Shown: positions 18,580 through 26,975, counted from the stretch's first letter. The stretch: 64,000 bases of DNA from an uncultured Candidatus Saccharibacteria bacterium (GCA_964596395.1 CAZQSY010000005.1:1628-65627); one strand, 5' to 3'. Numbers and translations: made by a program. The notes: generated by a model not told the origin, from the sequence alone.

Positions 18580-19569
18580 TCATATTAAGAACTCAATCAC
18601 ATCCCCATCCTTCACTATATATTCCCTCCCTTCGGTACGTACCAGGCCTTTCGCGCGGGCATTGGCGTAAGAGCCGGCGGTAAGCAAGTCTTGCCAGCCG
18701 ATTACTTCAGCGCGGATGAACTTTTCTTTGAAGTCGGTGTGAATGGCGGCGCCGGCCTCGGGAGCAGTGGAATTTTTCTTAATCGTCCAAGCTCTCGTCT
18801 CATCAACGCCCGTAGTGAAAAATGTTTCAAGCCCCAGGAGTTCGTAGCTCTTTTTTATGAGCTCGTCAAATCCTTTTTCAAAAACAGGGTCTATTTTTAC
18901 CGAAAGGCCTGAAATTTCTACCGGCAAGTTCTCGCTGGCTTCCGAGACATTCAGCACATAAAGCACCGGCTTTAAGGTAAGCAAGCCGAGTGATTTTATC
19001 TTCAGTTTTTCCTCCGGAGAAACCCCCGCTTCCGCGGCCATTTTCCCCTGTTCCAATTTCTCCTTCACCTTTTTCAAAACACTTTCCTCGGCCACCGCGG
19101 CCTTTTCCCCCCGCTTCACGTCTTTTTGCAAGTTTTCGATTCTTTTTGAAACGGTTTCCAGGTCGGCCAAGGCGAGTTCAAGATTTATCACTCCGATATC
19201 CTGCGCGGGGTCAACTTTGTTGGCGACATGAATTACCGAATTGTCTTGGAATGTCCGCACCACGTGCGCGATAGCGTCAACCTCGCGGATATTGGTGAGG
19301 AATTTGTTCCCCAGGCCCTCTCCCTTCGAAGCCCCGGCCACCAGGCCGGCGATATCCACAAATTCGACAACCGCTGGAATTGTCTTGGCCGATTTTGAAA
19401 ATTCTGAAAGCTTCCACAATCTTTCATCCGGCACAGGCACGATGCCGACCGAAGGGTCAATGGTGCAAAAAGGATAATTCTCAGCGGGCACGCTTTTTTT
19501 CGTCAGCGCGTTGAAAAGCGTGCTTTTCCCCACATTCGGCAGGCCGACGATTCCGATAGATAGCGACAT
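18580..19569 (-). CDS. ychF: Ribosome-binding ATPase YchF
   Basis: IGIVGLPNVGKSTLFNALTKK..ENYPFCTIDPSVGIVPVPDERL, FVDIAGLVAGASKGEGLGNKFLTNIRE, C-terminal TGS domain. Confidence 0.9.
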   Translation of the reverse strand: MSLSIGIVGLPNVGKSTLFNALTKKSVPAENYPFCTIDPSVGIVPVPDERLWKLSEFSKSAKTIPAVVEFVDIAGLVAGASKGEGLGNKFLTNIREVDAIAHVVRTFQDNSVIHVANKVDPAQDIGVINLELALADLETVSKRIENLQKDVKRGEKAAVAEESVLKKVKEKLEQGKMAAEAGVSPEEKLKIKSLGLLTLKPVLYVLNVSEASENLPVEISGLSVKIDPVFEKGFDELIKKSYELLGLETFFTTGVDETRAWTIKKNSTAPEAGAAIHTDFKEKFIRAEVIGWQDLLTAGSYANARAKGLVRTEGREYIVKDGDVIEFLI

Positions 19570-19631
19570 ACGAAGAGAAATATAGCAGAACCAGGGTGAA
19601 AAGTCATTTAGATTGAGTTATAATTAAAATT

Positions 19632-20201
19632 ATGAAAAATGCGATTCTCCTGCATGGCAGCTCGTCAACGCCAAACCACTTCTGGCTACCTTCGATAAAA
19701 AAATTCTTGGAAGAAAGAGATTATAGCGTGTGGGCGCCGCAACTTCCGGTGCCCGAGGCGCCGAATTTAGAATACCAGTTGCCTTTTGTTTTAGAGAACG
19801 GAACTTTCAACAGCGAAACAATAATGGTCGGTCACTCTTCGGGCTGCCCTTTGATTTTGGCGGTTTTGGAAAAAATAAACGTAAGAATTAAAAAAGCTGT
19901 TTTGGTGGCAGGCTTCGGTAGACCACTTCATAAAATGACCGACCCCGTACTTAAGAAATATGAAGGTGCTTTGCGTATAGCGAAGGAAGAATACGATTGG
20001 AAAAAAATAAAAAACAATGTAGAAGAAATTATATTCATAAATTCCGATAACGACCCTTGGGGTTGTAATGATGAAGAAGGAAGGTATATGCAAAAACATT
20101 TAGGCGGCAAGCTTATAGTAAACCACGAAGGTCATATGGGTTCAGAAATGAAAAATCAGCCATACAGAGAGTTCTCGCTTTTGGAAAAATTGCTGTCTTA
20201 A
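19632..20201 (+). CDS. Alpha/beta serine hydrolase, RBBP9/YdeN-like (PF06821)
   Basis: 189 aa with LLHGSSS and GHSSGC nucleophile elbow. Confidence 0.6.
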   Translation: MKNAILLHGSSSTPNHFWLPSIKKFLEERDYSVWAPQLPVPEAPNLEYQLPFVLENGTFNSETIMVGHSSGCPLILAVLEKINVRIKKAVLVAGFGRPLHKMTDPVLKKYEGALRIAKEEYDWKKIKNNVEEIIFINSDNDPWGCNDEEGRYMQKHLGGKLIVNHEGHMGSEMKNQPYREFSLLEKLLS

Positions 20202-20202
20202 A

Positions 20203-20436
20203 TTAAACGAGTTTCTTCAAATCCTCCTCGTATTTTTTCATTACCTCCATGCCGGCCGTTTGCTGGTCCACGCCACTTTTTATTTTTGCCTGTATTTCTT
20301 CAGCGATTTTTTTAAAAAGCTCGGGATTCTTTTCCATCATTTTGATAAACATATCAATCTGCGCCTCGGGCACACCCTGTTTGGCGAGCATCTTTTTTAA
20401 CAAAAAATTTTTGAACATTCCGCCAGTATAACACAA
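20203..20436 (-). CDS. small hypothetical helical protein
   Basis: 77-aa ORF, Lys/Glu-rich; no family recognised. Confidence 0.3.
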   Translation of the reverse strand: MCYTGGMFKNFLLKKMLAKQGVPEAQIDMFIKMMEKNPELFKKIAEEIQAKIKSGVDQQTAGMEVMKKYEEDLKKLV

Positions 20437-21879
20437 TTATTCATCCAATATCTTGAAATCACTACCGGGGACTATTTCGCGGCCGTGTGTGCGGATATAG
20501 TAAGCAAAAACGGCGCCTAAAGCCAAGAACGCGCCAAAGGCGACAATCGGCCAATAATTTGTTTTTCTTTCTTCTTTGCCGGAATTAATTTCTCCCACCT
20601 GCGCCAAAAGATTTTCGGGGGAAATTTCTGGTTCTAGATTTTCACGCAAAGGCTTAACTTCTGTATCCGCAAGAGATATCTTTGCGGACCTGGCGGAAGT
20701 CACTGCTTTCTTTGCCGGAACATACGCAAAAGATGGGTAATCAAACACCGTCTCGCCTAAAGAATTGGAAAGCACGAGAGTATCTTTGTCTCCTTCGGAA
20801 AAATTAGTAAGTTTTGAAGATACCGTTATTTTCGTTTTGGGCCTTATTATCGAATTTTTAGGAAAAACAAATTTCTTCCACGCGCTCGACAAAATCCAGC
20901 CGGAAACATCAGCTTCTACCGAAGTGTTGTTGGCAATTTCCACGAAGACATCCGCGCCGCTGCCGACATTTGAAATGACGATATCGTCTGAAACAACCTT
21001 CAAGGTAATTTTATCCGAAGTGTCGGGCGTTTCCGACATATAACTTTCAAAACAATCCAGAGTAACCACGTACTCGCCCGGGTACTCGTAAACATGAAAA
21101 TATTTTTCCGGAATCATGGGTTTTTTAGGCGTTTCAATAAAAGCGCCATCGCCGAAATTCCAAAAATATTTTCCGCAAAAATATTTCACGGTGTTTTCGG
21201 CTTTGAATTCCGTCGGCACGCCTGCGACCACCGAAGATTTGACGATAATTTTTGTTTTGTTCGGCAGGGGCTTAAGCGTCGGCTCTGTCTTGCCGCCGGA
21301 AGAGCCAGAGCTGCCACCGGAACTACCGGTGGTACTCTCGGTTTCATTTTTGTTTTCATCCCCACTATTATTCTCATTTTCCCCAGCCCCATCGCCCGAA
21401 TCTGTATTTTCTTCCCCCGGCGTTGGCGAAGCGGCAACCCAAGACCCGTCTATAAATTGAGAGGAATTGCCGTCTGTGGCAGAGCCGTCTATATTTACCG
21501 AACTTACCTCTTCCCCCGAAGAATTTTTCAGAATCACCGTGTCTGCCGAGACCTTTATATTAAGAGAACTTTTGAAAACCGGAAATGCCGCCGAGCTAAA
21601 GTCGGCCGGCACTTTGGCTACAATTCCAAAACCTTGCTTGGGAATCAAACTGGCGCCTGAATCGACAGCCGAAATCCCGTGGCCGTTGACCTGCGCGCCT
21701 GAATCCAAAATTTTATAAGTTGTTATATCTATATCCGAATCGGTATTGTTGTAAACCTCGACCCACTGGCTTGAGGTCGGAGAATATTTGACCTCGGTTA
21801 TAACAATACCCGCCCAAGCGACACCCCACCAAAAGAACAATGCGCATCCCACGACAAACGAGAGAATTCTTTTAGACAT
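20437..21879 (-). CDS. Cell-surface protein with two lamin-tail (LTD) domains, Gly/Ser-rich linker and C-terminal TM anchor
   Basis: Signal peptide. LTD signatures IVITEVKYSPTSSQWVEVYNNT...ITTYKILDSG and VISNVGSGADVFVEIANNT...VSGWILSS. C-terminal hydrophobic anchor WPIVAFGAFLALGAVFAYY. Confidence 0.6.
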   Translation of the reverse strand: MSKRILSFVVGCALFFWWGVAWAGIVITEVKYSPTSSQWVEVYNNTDSDIDITTYKILDSGAQVNGHGISAVDSGASLIPKQGFGIVAKVPADFSSAAFPVFKSSLNIKVSADTVILKNSSGEEVSSVNIDGSATDGNSSQFIDGSWVAASPTPGEENTDSGDGAGENENNSGDENKNETESTTGSSGGSSGSSGGKTEPTLKPLPNKTKIIVKSSVVAGVPTEFKAENTVKYFCGKYFWNFGDGAFIETPKKPMIPEKYFHVYEYPGEYVVTLDCFESYMSETPDTSDKITLKVVSDDIVISNVGSGADVFVEIANNTSVEADVSGWILSSAWKKFVFPKNSIIRPKTKITVSSKLTNFSEGDKDTLVLSNSLGETVFDYPSFAYVPAKKAVTSARSAKISLADTEVKPLRENLEPEISPENLLAQVGEINSGKEERKTNYWPIVAFGAFLALGAVFAYYIRTHGREIVPGSDFKILDE

Positions 21880-21901
21880 GGCTTTTAAAGGTTAAATTGT
21901 A

Positions 21902-21910
21902 TGGTATAAT
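21902..21910 (+). promoter_or_regulatory. Extended -10 (TGgTATAAT) 6 nt upstream of the pfkB ATG; likely leaderless start
   Basis: tgtaTGgTATAATaataccATG. The same architecture recurs before the RAYT gene and lepB. Confidence 0.35.
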
Positions 21911-21916
21911 AATACC

Positions 21917-22909
21917 ATGTCTAAATTAGATTTTCTCGCAATCGGCGACACAGTTATAGACGCTTTTATAAGAATCAAAGACGCGCACGTGCATTGCAAG
22001 CTAGACACGGCAAACTGCGAATTATGCTTCCGCTTCGGCGACAAAATACCGTATGAATCGCTCGAGGTTGTCCCGGCTGTGGGTAACAGCGCAAACGCGG
22101 CTGTGGCCGCGGCTCGGCTCGGGCTTTCTTCGGCATTAGTCGCAAACATCGGCAAAGACCGCGATGGCGACGACTGCCTTGTATCCCTGAAAAAAAACAA
22201 AGTGCTGACCAAATACATCACGGCAGAAAAAAACAAGAAAACAAATTACCACTACGTGCTGTGGTACGACACCGAACGAACAATCTTGATTAAACACACC
22301 GAATTTACATACAGCTTCCCGAAGATTAAAAATGTCTCTTGGGTTTATTTGAGTTCTCTCGCCGACCATTCTCTACCCTATCACGGGGAAATCGCGGAGT
22401 TTTTGAAAAAGAATCCAGAAACCAAGCTCGCCTTCCAGCCCGGTACCTTCCAAATGAAATTCGGCACGGAAGATCTCAAAGAAATTTACGAAAGAACGGA
22501 AGTATTTTTCTGCAATTTGGAAGAAGCGCAAAGAATTCTAAAAACCGAAGAGAAAGGTGTTTTAAAACTCTCGCAGGGCCTCGCTTCGCTCGGCCCCAAA
22601 ATGGTGGTAATAAGCGACGGACCGAACGGAGCGTACCTGTACATGAATGGCGAGCTCTGGCACCAGCCGATTTACCCCGACATCGCCCCGCCCTTTGAAC
22701 GCACCGGCGCGGGAGACGCTTTTTCCTCTACCATAACCTGCGCGCTCGCGCTCGGCAAAACCCCGCTTGAAGCTCTTGCCTGGGGACCGGTAAATTCAAT
22801 GTCGGTAGTGCAAAAAGTAGGCGCGCAAGCCGGCCTCCTTTCCCGCGAGAAATTAGAAGAATACCTCCGCACCGCGCCGGAGAGTTATAAACCGATAAAA
22901 ATAAGCTAG
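21917..22909 (+). CDS. PfkB-family carbohydrate/nucleoside kinase
   Basis: 330 aa. N-terminal LAIGDTVIDAF and C-terminal GAGDAFSSTITCALALG PfkB motif. Confidence 0.8.
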   Translation: MSKLDFLAIGDTVIDAFIRIKDAHVHCKLDTANCELCFRFGDKIPYESLEVVPAVGNSANAAVAAARLGLSSALVANIGKDRDGDDCLVSLKKNKVLTKYITAEKNKKTNYHYVLWYDTERTILIKHTEFTYSFPKIKNVSWVYLSSLADHSLPYHGEIAEFLKKNPETKLAFQPGTFQMKFGTEDLKEIYERTEVFFCNLEEAQRILKTEEKGVLKLSQGLASLGPKMVVISDGPNGAYLYMNGELWHQPIYPDIAPPFERTGAGDAFSSTITCALALGKTPLEALAWGPVNSMSVVQKVGAQAGLLSREKLEEYLRTAPESYKPIKIS

Positions 22910-22937
22910 CTTGCTGGTTTTCGTTTTAAAATATTTT

Positions 22938-22995
22938 CTACCGCCTCTTTTATGTCTTTCACCCCCCATCCCATAATGCTCTATAAGTTCGTTGG
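22938..22995. repeat. Direct repeat R1: frameshifted duplicate of a transketolase-C-like 3' end
   Basis: ctaccgcctcttttatgtctttcaccccccatccc... is ~85% identical to 23538-23594, exactly 600 bp away. Revcomp encodes ..NELIEHYGMGG(fs)VKDIKEAVENIL. Confidence 0.55.
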
Positions 22996-23036
22996 ATACG
23001 TTGACCTGTGTGCAAGAAATGTATTAAAATCATCTT

Positions 23037-23471
23037 ATGGACTTTAAAAAACATCTCGAAATTTTCTTACGTAACCCCCACAAAAAAAAAGAGGAATCAA
23101 AAGTATTAGATTGGGGTAGTTTGAAACTAGGCCCAGCGCCAGAAAATTTTAATCTTCCAGAGAATTATCTTTACAATTACGGTGCAGCACTAAATTTTTT
23201 AGAAAGAAAGTGTGATAAAAGCTGGAGACAAAATGAGGAAACCGGCAACTGGGAGGGCAAATATAAAGATTGCAATGTGATACTTTTTCCACCGAGAGTT
23301 CCGGAGGAGTTAAGTGACGGGAGTAAAGCTTTTCTGGATGAAAAATTCATGCAAGGAAATTATTTTCCAATGCTTAAGCATAAGGGCGGTAGTCAGGAGG
23401 ATTTTTTTGAGCTGCTGAGTATGCTAAAGAAAGAAAAACGCGCACTTGTTGACTTTGAAGTTCCTGACTAG
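23037..23471 (+). CDS. hypothetical protein (inserted cargo between duplicated tktC 3' fragments)
   Basis: 144 aa, no recognisable family. Shares a local ILFPPR...KAF..(E/K)F motif with the 237-aa gene at 35007-35720. Confidence 0.4.
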   Translation: MDFKKHLEIFLRNPHKKKEESKVLDWGSLKLGPAPENFNLPENYLYNYGAALNFLERKCDKSWRQNEETGNWEGKYKDCNVILFPPRVPEELSDGSKAFLDEKFMQGNYFPMLKHKGGSQEDFFELLSMLKKEKRALVDFEVPD

Positions 23472-23537
23472 CGGGACTAGCGAAAAATTCCTAAAAATAA
23501 CAGGGTTGGGGCTATTTTTTCTTTTTCAAAACCTTAC

Positions 23538-23594
23538 CTACCGCCTCTTTTATATCTTTCACCCCCATCCCGTAACACTCGATCAGTTCGTCGG
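23538..23594. repeat. Direct repeat R2: second copy of the tktC 3'-end motif, immediately downstream of the tktC stop
   Basis: Revcomp, out of frame with tktC, encodes KFCGQAPDELIECYGMGVKDIKEAVGKVLKKKK*. This echoes the genuine tktC terminus FGQSGLPAELLAHYHMDIVDIKRVV. Confidence 0.55.
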
Positions 23595-23618
23595 GGGCCT
23601 GCCCGCAAAACTTTGGGA

Positions 23619-24620
23619 CTAAAATTTTTTTCTCGTTATAACTTGCAGAACAACCCTTTTAATATCAACTATGTCCATGTGGTAGTGTGCCAGAAGTTCG
23701 GCGGGTAAACCGGATTGGCCGAACTTGTTTTGTACGCCGACGAATTCAATAGGTACCGGATAATTTTGCGCTAGAACTTCTGCTACAGCCCCACCCATGC
23801 CTCCCCTTACCTGATGCTCTTCTACTGTCACAACGGCTTTGCATTCTTTGGCCAGAGCTATCACAGCTCCTTCATCTATCGGCGAAATCGAAGACAAATT
23901 CATAACTTTGGTTTTTATTCCCTCTTGCTCAAGCTCTTTCGCCGCAACTAGCGCGCGGTAAAGTAACGCGCCGGTGGCGATTATACCCGCATCTGCAAGT
24001 CCGGCATCAGGTAACCAGTAAATTTGCGCCCTGCCGACTTCAAAAGATGTCTCTTCGGTGGTGATAATCGGCGTCTTTTCGCGAGCCAAGCGTAAATATG
24101 CCGGTTTTCTTGTTTTTGCCAACGCGATTGTCGCCTTTTTCGCTTCTATCGCATCGCACGGAGAAATGACGTCCATATTCGGGAGCGCCCGCATCATGGC
24201 AATATCTTCGAGCGCCTGGTGACTGCCGCCGTCAGGGCCCACCGAGATGCCGGCATGGCTCCCAACAATTACCACCTTCCTATCATTGTATGCGATCGTC
24301 GTCCGTATCTGTTCCCAATTTCGCCCGGGCGAAAAAGTCGCGTACGAAGAACAAAAAGGAATTTTTCCCATTGCCGCCATACCCGAGGCCACCGTCACCA
24401 AGTTCTGTTCGGCCACGCCGATTTCTACAAATCTTTCGGGGAATTTTTCTTTGAACAAATGCATCTGGGTGGACTCTGTCAAGTCCGCGCAAAGCGCGAC
24501 GACATTGCCATCCGCCTCCCCCGCCTTGAGCAACCCTTCCCCGAAACCTTTGCGTATCGGCGCCTGCTCAACATCATTACTGAAAATTTTTGGATTTAAT
24601 TTTAATTCCGGGTTTAACAT
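23619..24620 (-). CDS. tktC: Transketolase, C-terminal subunit (pyrimidine-binding plus C-terminal domains)
   Basis: 333 aa. PIRKGFGEGL, FVEIGVAEQNLV, SHAGISVGPDGGSHQALEDIA. Confidence 0.9.
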   Translation of the reverse strand: MLNPELKLNPKIFSNDVEQAPIRKGFGEGLLKAGEADGNVVALCADLTESTQMHLFKEKFPERFVEIGVAEQNLVTVASGMAAMGKIPFCSSYATFSPGRNWEQIRTTIAYNDRKVVIVGSHAGISVGPDGGSHQALEDIAMMRALPNMDVISPCDAIEAKKATIALAKTRKPAYLRLAREKTPIITTEETSFEVGRAQIYWLPDAGLADAGIIATGALLYRALVAAKELEQEGIKTKVMNLSSISPIDEGAVIALAKECKAVVTVEEHQVRGGMGGAVAEVLAQNYPVPIEFVGVQNKFGQSGLPAELLAHYHMDIVDIKRVVLQVITRKKF

Positions 24621-24651
24621 TCCATATATTCTAACACGTCACTTTTTTTAT

Positions 24652-24674
24652 ACTTGGAAGTCCGACTTCCAAGT
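24652..24674. repeat. REP-like 23-bp palindrome (copy C), left boundary of the RAYT/SDR insertion; overlaps the putative RAYT promoter
   Basis: ACTTGGAAGTCCGACTTCCAAGT, 31 bp upstream of the tktC start. Its TTGGAA (24654-24659) lies 17 bp upstream of TGgTATAAT (24674-24682). Confidence 0.8.
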
Positions 24675-24682
24675 GGTATAAT

Positions 24683-25315
24683 TTGGCTATGAGGAAACAT
24701 AAATTCGTGGAGGGAGAATACTACCACATATATAACCGTGGAACAGAAAAAAGAAAAATAATCCTAGACGAATACGACCTAGACCGTTTTCTAGAAAGCA
24801 TGAAAGAGTTCAACACATTAGAACCTATAGGAAGTATTTACGAACAATCTTTCATAAAAAAGGAACTTGGAAGTCCGACTTCCAAGTCCAAACTGGTATC
24901 AATAATATCCTACTGCATAAACCCAAACCATTTTCATATGCTGATTACTCCCCTAGTAGAAAAGGGGATAGAAAAGTTTATGCAAAGAATTGGTGGTTAT
25001 ACTAAATATTTTAACGAAAAATATAAAAGAAACGGGGTTCTGTTTCAAGGTAAATTTAAATCAAAACATGTCTATACAGATAATAGATATTTGCTTCACT
25101 TAAGCGCTTACATAAACATGAACAACCGCAACCGACTTGGAAGTCCGACTTCCAAGTTGAGTAAATCGAGCTTGGAAGAATACACTAAAGGCGAAAAGGG
25201 TATCTGTAACATGGATATAGTCTTGGGTCAGTTTGAAAACGGAAAAGAGTATCTAAGGTTTTCTTTGGAATCCTGGCAAGATACGCAGGAAAGAAAAAAA
25301 GCTCTTGAAATGTAA
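24683..25315 (+). CDS. REP-associated tyrosine transposase (RAYT; IS200/IS605-like HUH-Y1), carrying two in-frame REP copies
   Basis: YYHIYNRG (cf. RAYT YHVTQRG), HUH motif NPNHFHMLITP (cf. SNHVHLLLTP), GGYTKYFNEKYKRNGVLFQGKFKSKHVYTDNRYLLHLSAYIN (cf. YTRYINRRYGRTGHLWQGRFKS...EYLLACSRYIELNP). The likely true start is the ATG at 24689. Confidence 0.75.
   Translation: MAMRKHKFVEGEYYHIYNRGTEKRKIILDEYDLDRFLESMKEFNTLEPIGSIYEQSFIKKELGSPTSKSKLVSIISYCINPNHFHMLITPLVEKGIEKFMQRIGGYTKYFNEKYKRNGVLFQGKFKSKHVYTDNRYLLHLSAYINMNNRNRLGSPTSKLSKSSLEEYTKGEKGICNMDIVLGQFENGKEYLRFSLESWQDTQERKKALEM
24865..24887. repeat. REP-like palindrome (copy D), in-frame inside the RAYT gene
   Basis: ACTTGGAAGTCCGACTTCCAAGT encoding ELGSPTSK. 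Confidence 0.8.
25135..25157. repeat. REP-like palindrome (copy E), in-frame inside the RAYT gene
   Basis: ACTTGGAAGTCCGACTTCCAAGT encoding RLGSPTSKL, near the RAYT C-terminus. Confidence 0.8.
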
Positions 25316-25337
25316 CTTAGTACTTCGATTACTAAGT
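25315..25337. repeat. Degenerate REP-like 23-bp hairpin (15/23 identity to the REP) at the convergent RAYT/SDR junction
   Basis: ACTTAGTACTTCGATTACTAAGT has an 8-bp stem and 7-nt loop. It overlaps the RAYT stop and could act as a bidirectional terminator. Confidence 0.45.
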
Positions 25338-25339
25338 AC

Positions 25340-26080
25340 TTAGGTATGATATCCCTCCTGTATCTTCCGACCTTTTTTCAATACAAATACTTTACCGGTA
25401 ACCGCTTTCTTGCTTATACACAAACGTATGACAAACTTCGCTATTGCCTCGGGTGCAACCGTGTCACCAAGGTACTGTGGAAAATATTTTTTGTAGGCTT
25501 CAGTTGCAGTGTCAGAAGGAGAAATACAATTCACGCTTATTTTTTTATTTTTGAGTTCTTCCGCTAATCCAACTGTTAAATCTTCAATCCCTCTCTTTGA
25601 GACAAAATAAGGCAACCAACCCTTAGCACCGTTTTCAAATGTACCGGATACATTTAAAATTTTTGACCCTACTGGCATTACAGGAATGAAAGCATGAGCC
25701 AGAAGTGTAGGAGCGATCAATCCGACACAATACGTGTCAACTATGACTTGAGGATTAAAAGTTTCAAAATCTTTATTGGCATATACTTCATTTGCACCAT
25801 GCCAAATACCCGCGACATTAATTAAAAAACTAACATCTTTGTTTAATTTTTTAATCTTTTTAATGGTTTTATTAATTGAATCTACTCTGCTTAAATCTGT
25901 AACAAAATGTACACTTTTTCCGCCAATATTCTTTATCAATTTATTAGTTTCCACCAATTTTTTCTTTGTTCGAGCGATAAGAATAACCTCGATCCCCTCT
26001 TTTGCCATGGCAACAGAAACAGCCTTGCCAATTCCTGTACTGGCACCTGTAATAATCGCTAACTTATTTTTAAATTTCAT
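25340..26080 (-). CDS. Short-chain dehydrogenase/reductase (SDR)
   Basis: MKFKNKLAIITGASTGIGKA (TGxxxGxG), NVAG, catalytic Y..K (YFVSK). The ORF-track N-terminal extension merely reads through REP copy F; the true start is the ATG at 26080. Confidence 0.8.
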   Translation of the reverse strand: MKFKNKLAIITGASTGIGKAVSVAMAKEGIEVILIARTKKKLVETNKLIKNIGGKSVHFVTDLSRVDSINKTIKKIKKLNKDVSFLINVAGIWHGANEVYANKDFETFNPQVIVDTYCVGLIAPTLLAHAFIPVMPVGSKILNVSGTFENGAKGWLPYFVSKRGIEDLTVGLAEELKNKKISVNCISPSDTATEAYKKYFPQYLGDTVAPEAIAKFVIRLCISKKAVTGKVFVLKKGRKIQEGYHT

Positions 26081-26090
26081 AAATCTAGTC

Positions 26091-26113
26091 ACTTGGAAGT
26101 CGGACTTCCAAGT
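26091..26113. repeat. REP-like palindrome (copy F, centre G = inverted orientation), right boundary of the RAYT/SDR insertion
   Basis: ACTTGGAAGTCGGACTTCCAAGT, 2 bp after the tktN stop and 10 bp before the SDR start. Confidence 0.8.
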
Positions 26114-26114
26114 A

Positions 26115-26975
26115 CTATTGATGCTCGCTTTTAATTTTGCCGCCCAAAGTGCGGAGCTCGGCGAGCGCCATTTCGGCTTCTTCTTTCGAAGGCGGTTTGC
26201 CGTGCCACTTGTAATCCCTTTCAAATTCTTTCACGCCTCTGCCCGGAATCGTATGCGCGATAATTACAGTCGGCTTTTCTTCTACAGATTGCGCTTCACT
26301 TACTGCTTGATTCAAAGCCATAAAATCATGCCCTGAAACTTCTATCACGTGCCAGTTAAAACTTTTCCATTTGTCCGCCAGCGGCTCAAGCGGCATGATG
26401 TTTTCGGTAAAGCCGTCTATCTGAATGTTGTTTCTGTCAACAACCGCGATTAAATTTCTCAACTTATTTTTCCCGGCAAACATAATCGCTTCCCAGGAAT
26501 TCCCTTCATCAAGCTCACCGTCAGACATGAAGCAATACACGAATCTGTCTCTGTCTTTGCCGTTCATTTTATCCGCCAAAGCCATGCCGGATGCCTGCGC
26601 GAGGCCCGAGCCGAGCGGCCCCGAAGAATTCTCGAGCCAGGGCATAAATTCCCGATGCGGGTGGCCCTGCAGGCGGCTGCCGAACTTGCGCAAAGTTGAA
26701 AGCTCTTCAAGGGGAAAATACCCTGCGTGCGCCATAGTCGCGTACAAAACTGGCGCTATGTGCCCGTTTGAGAGCACAAATCTGTCCCGCTCCTCCCAGG
26801 AAGGATTCTTCGGGTCATGTTTTAAGACGTGAAAATAAAAAAGGGCGAAAATATCGGCCATCCCGAGCGGCCCGGCCGTGTGCCCGCTCCCCGCTTCAAG
26901 GAGCATTTCAATTATGCTCTTTCTGATTTCGTTTGCTTTCTCCTCCAGAAATTTAATTTTCTCATCGGTCAACAT
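26115..26975 (-). CDS. tktN: Transketolase, N-terminal subunit (TPP-binding)
   Basis: 286 aa. SGHTAGPLGMADIFALFYFHVL, GHIAPVLYA, GPLGSGLAQASGMA, DGELDEGNSWEA. Confidence 0.9.
   Translation of the reverse strand: MLTDEKIKFLEEKANEIRKSIIEMLLEAGSGHTAGPLGMADIFALFYFHVLKHDPKNPSWEERDRFVLSNGHIAPVLYATMAHAGYFPLEELSTLRKFGSRLQGHPHREFMPWLENSSGPLGSGLAQASGMALADKMNGKDRDRFVYCFMSDGELDEGNSWEAIMFAGKNKLRNLIAVVDRNNIQIDGFTENIMPLEPLADKWKSFNWHVIEVSGHDFMALNQAVSEAQSVEEKPTVIIAHTIPGRGVKEFERDYKWHGKPPSKEEAEMALAELRTLGGKIKSEHQ

Noticed and set aside
26081-26224. 48-aa N-terminal extension of the SDR ORF containing TWKSDFQV
   Set aside because: The extension simply reads through REP copy F and the tktN stop region. The Rossmann motif starts right after the internal ATG at 26080.
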